Shown here: positions 60,653-64,000 of the stretch, piece by piece
Layout: each line of letters starts with the position of its first letter
Numbering within the stretch: position 1 is the first letter of the stretch
From: the human T2T-CHM13v2.0 reference genome, Homo sapiens
DNA length: 64,000 bases
Reading direction: 5' to 3' (one strand)
Assembly: GCF_009914755.1 (NCBI RefSeq)
Contig: NC_060929.1
The notes under the pieces: generated by a model
What the model was told of the DNA's origin: nothing
Database searches by the model: none
What the model saw: only the letters and a program-made list of their open reading frames with translations
Program-made: the position numbers and the translations under genes

Positions 60653-60979
60653 CTAAGCCGAGAAGGAGTCAGTCAGAGAGCCTTGGGCCAGAGTTCCAGG
60701 GGCTCTGGGAGTGGCTGCCAGGTGAGTTGAACAGTCTGATTTCCAGTGGGGTCCCGCACAGATGGGACACAGCTTAGGAGCAATCCTGGGCTGCAGGCAT
60801 TCCTTGTCCTGGTGGTCAGATTTCTGGCACTTGTAGCAAGCTCCTGGGGGAGGAGGTTCTGGAGGAACGCCTGGCTGCTGCAGTTCAGGCGTTTGGAAGT
60901 TCTTGGGTGCTGGAGATGTGGCTGGGGTTTGTCTCACAGTGGAGGCAAGGAATTGCAACTTTTTTCTATTATTGTACAC
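60653..60979 (-). pseudogene. gag: HERV-H gag remnant (nucleocapsid, two zinc knuckles)
   Basis: CYKCQKSDHQDKEC and CPICAGPHWKSDC (CX2CX4HX4C twice); rest of gag is broken. Confidence 0.9.
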
Positions 60980-61919
60980 CTTGAAGGTGAGGTTAATTAA
61001 ATCCTGTTGTGGGGTTTGAGGGCCGGATTCTAATTTTTGGAGTTTTATTTAATGTAGGGAGCGGATTGGGTAATAAAATGTATTTTGAGAATAAGACGGC
61101 CTTTTGACCTTTTAGGGTCTAGGGCTGTAAAGTGTCTCAGGGTTGCTGCCAAACGAGCCATGAGCTGGGCTGGATTTTTATATTTGATGAAAAAGAGCCT
61201 AAACACTATCTGATTTGGGATAAGGAAAAAGGAGCATTAACCTTGACTATGCCTTTAGCTCCAGCCACCTTTTTAAGAGTAAATTGCTGGTCAGGTGGGG
61301 GAGGGCTAGTCACAGAACGAAACTGTAAGCCGGACCGGGTGTGAGGAGGGAGGTGATAAAAGGATTATAGGGTGGAGGAGCAGAGGCTAAGGAAGAATTG
61401 GGACCTAGCTCAGCCTGGCGAGGTGGGGAGAGGTCAGATGGGTCTGTAGAAAAGGAAGGTTAGAAAGACTCACGACGCTTGGGGTTGGGACTGAGGGGAC
61501 AGGTGGGAGGGAAAGAAGGAAGAGTTGGGACGAGTTGCACTGGGCACAGAGACTAGGGAGGGACCGATATGTGAAAGAATGCCTGGACATCAGGCACCTC
61601 AGACCGTTTGCCCATTTTACGACAAGAATTATTTAGATCTTGCAGGATGGAAAAATTGAAAGTGCCATTTTCTTGCTATTGGAACTACTGTTGAGTTTGT
61701 ATTGGGGTCAAGCGGCATTGCAGAAGAAAATAAGGCATTTAGGTTTTAGGTCAGGTGTGAGTTGAAGAGGTTTTAAGTTTTTGAGAACACAGGCCAAGGG
61801 AGAAGGGGGAATGGAGGGTGGAAGGTTGCCCATAGTGAAGGAAGCAAGCCTAGAGAAAAGAGAGAGTAGAGGCACGGAGGGAAGGGGTTCGGGGGTTCTT
61901 ACGTTCCAGAAAAGTGGGA

Positions 61920-62200
61920 AAGAGGTTGGGGCATGGATATAAGGGGTTGGGGCGCAGAGATAAGAGGTTGGGGCATGGAAATAAGGGATGGGGTGCAGAG
62001 ATAAGAGGTTAGGGCGTGGAAATAAGGGGTCGGGGCATGGAAATAAGTGATTGGGGTGCAGAGATAAGAGGTCGGGGCATGGAAATAAGGGATGGGGTAC
62101 AGAGATAAGAGGTTGGGGCATGGAAATAAGGGATCAGGGCACAGAGATAAGAGGTTGGGGTGCAGAAATAAGGGATTGGGGTGCAGAGATATGAGGTTGG
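61920..62200 (-). repeat. HERV-H leader (pre-gag) tandem repeat, ~20/42-bp units
   Basis: Alternating ggggcatggaaataaggga / ggggtgcagagataagaggtt. Confidence 0.9.
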
Positions 62201-62776
62201 GGTACTTGCCCCTCTAGAAAAGCGGGACTTGCCACTAAGAGTGAAGGAGAAGGGGTTGGGGGTTTCTTGCCCCCCCAGAAAGGTGGAGAAGGGGTAGAGA
62301 CAAGGAGAGAAGGGGTTGGGGTACTTGCTCCTTCCCCAGAAAAGTGGGACTTGCCGCTAAGGGTGAAGGACCAAGGCAGGCGTCCCTGAGTGGTCTGACA
62401 CCTCTGAAACATGGGTGAATAATCAGAGAGATGTCCCTGCAATGATCAAACAACAAGGGAAGGCTGCCTTCCCTAGTCCGTGACTGGCCCTGGAGTTTTG
62501 GGTCCATGGATAAAACATGTCTCCTTTGTCTCTACCAGAAAATGAAAGGAATTGAAATTAAGAGAAGGGAGAGATTGAAGAGTGGAAAGGAGAAAGTGGT
62601 TGAGGGACAGTGAGAGAGGTTGGAGAAGAGAGTAAGAAGACGCCACTTACCCTATTTAAAATTGGTGAGCTGTTCCTTGGGCTGGTGGGTCTGAGGACCT
62701 GAGGTCATAGGTGGATCTTTTTCACGGAGCAAAGAGCAGGAGGACAGGGGACTGATCTCCCAAGGGAGGTCCCCCG

Positions 62777-62794
62777 ATCCGAGTCACGGCACCA
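62777..62794 (-). other. Primer binding site for tRNA-His
   Basis: Minus strand TGGTGCCGTGACTCGGAT, complementary to the 3' 18 nt of tRNA-His, 2 nt from the 5' LTR. Confidence 0.95.
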
Positions 62795-62796
62795 AA

Positions 62797-63207
62797 TTTC
62801 ATGCATGTCCGTGTGAAGAGACCACCAAACAGGCTTTGTGTGAGCAACATGGCTGTTTATTTCACCTGGGTGCAGGCAGGCTGCGTCTGAAAAGAGTCAG
62901 CGAAGGGAGATAGGGGTGGGGCCATTTTATAGGATTTGGGTAGGTAATGGAAAATTACAGTCAAAGGGGGGTTGTTCTCTGACGGGCAGAGTGGGGGTCA
63001 CAAGGTGCTCAGTAGGGGAGCTTTTGAGCTAGGATGAGCCAGGAGAAGGAATTTCACAAGACGATGTCATCAGTTAAGGCAGGAATAGGCCATTTTCACT
63101 TCTTTTGTGGTGGAATGTCATCAGTTAAGGCAGGAACCAGCCATATGGATGTGTACATGCAGGCCACAGGGGATATGGTGGCTTAGCTTGGGCTCAGAGG
63201 CCTGACA
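62797..63207 (-). mobile_element. HERV-H 5' LTR (LTR7 family)
   Basis: Minus strand TGTCAGGCCTCTGAGCCCAAGC...GCATGAAA; TATAAAA and AATAAA present; two copies of the U3 repeat. Confidence 0.97.
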
Positions 63208-64000
63208 GTTGGGGCCTCCCCCTAGCTCACAGAAGAGGAGCTAGGGCTTAAGGGTGAGCAGCAAGTCAGCAGGTGGCTAAGGTTGAGCAGAGGAACCCAA
63301 GGGTGTGCCTCGGCTGAAATGCTTTCTTGGATGAGGGCTTCAGCATCAGGATTCAGGGGTAGTAACAAGGGCAGACTGCAAGAGAGCATTGTTGGGGGTA
63401 CAGGCACACTGAACCCAGCACAAGGAGGCCTTGAACCCTGACCCAGAACCACCCCTTACTTAGAGCAGTGACACCTCAGCCACATATGCCGAGCATCTGA
63501 ACTGTGGCAGCTAGTACAAAATGCATTCCGTAAACATTCGTGGAATGAATGAGCAGACGAATGAATGAACGTTTCCGTGTATCAAATGGGAGTGATATTA
63601 TTTACTCCAGCTCTGCCAGGGGATTATTGATAGGGTGAATTGAGACGATAGAGATGGAAAAACCCTCTAAACTGTAAAATACTATGCAGATGTAAGGATT
63701 ATAATGTGAATGGATACAGTTGATTGCCAGAGATAAAAATCATCAAGGAATCAGCTGGTGATGGTGTAGTAACTTCCCTGGACTGCAAGAAGCAGCTTTA
63801 ATTGGAGCTCTTAAGGGAAATCTCTTCTCTCCATCGTCGAATTAGTAGGACTATTACCACTATTATTGAAGACATTTTTAAATTTTTTTACATCACTGAA
63901 TGGAACAAATCAAGCAAGATTTCAGGTGATAAGAAATAGCAGGAGGATTGGGCACACAGCGTGGTGGGAAAACTTAAGAAGGGTCCCATCTTAGCATTCC

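Larger units (their letters stand above)
57418..63207 (-). mobile_element. HERV-H provirus, 5790 bp, common internally deleted type, two LTR7
   Basis: Paired LTRs, tRNA-His PBS, PPT, gag/pro/pol remnants, 5-bp TSD GTCGG (57413-57417) / GTTGG (63208-63212). Confidence 0.97.

Noticed and set aside
61920-62200. Regularly spaced short repeats resembling a CRISPR array
   Set aside because: No unique spacers, eukaryotic context; normal HERV-H leader tandem repeat
62777-62794. tRNA-His-like sequence ending in CCA on the + strand
   Set aside because: Only 18 nt; it is the retroviral primer binding site, not a tRNA gene

Overview
Human (or great-ape) genomic DNA containing the 3' part of KCNIP1 (KChIP1, an EF-hand Kv4 channel auxiliary subunit) on the + strand. 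It has an alternative 33-nt exon (7594-7626), seven further coding exons (13498-30450) with canonical AG/GT boundaries that splice into one continuous frame, and a 3' UTR with AATAAA at 31247. The first exon lies upstream of the window. Downstream are an orphan CpG island (~38.7-39.5 kb), a 1.64-kb (TGGA)n array with nested higher-order duplications (48.75-50.39 kb) and a two-LTR 5.8-kb HERV-H provirus on the minus strand (57418-63207) with an intact tRNA-His PBS and splice donor. The rest is Alu, L1, MaLR/ERVL LTR and DNA transposon sequence; repeat subfamily names are from recall and approximate. No new protein-coding system is supported. The best leads are a candidate HERV-H-initiated spliced antisense RNA running toward the KCNIP1 3' end, the structured TGGA VNTR, and an in-frame alternative acceptor adding 25 aa to KChIP1.
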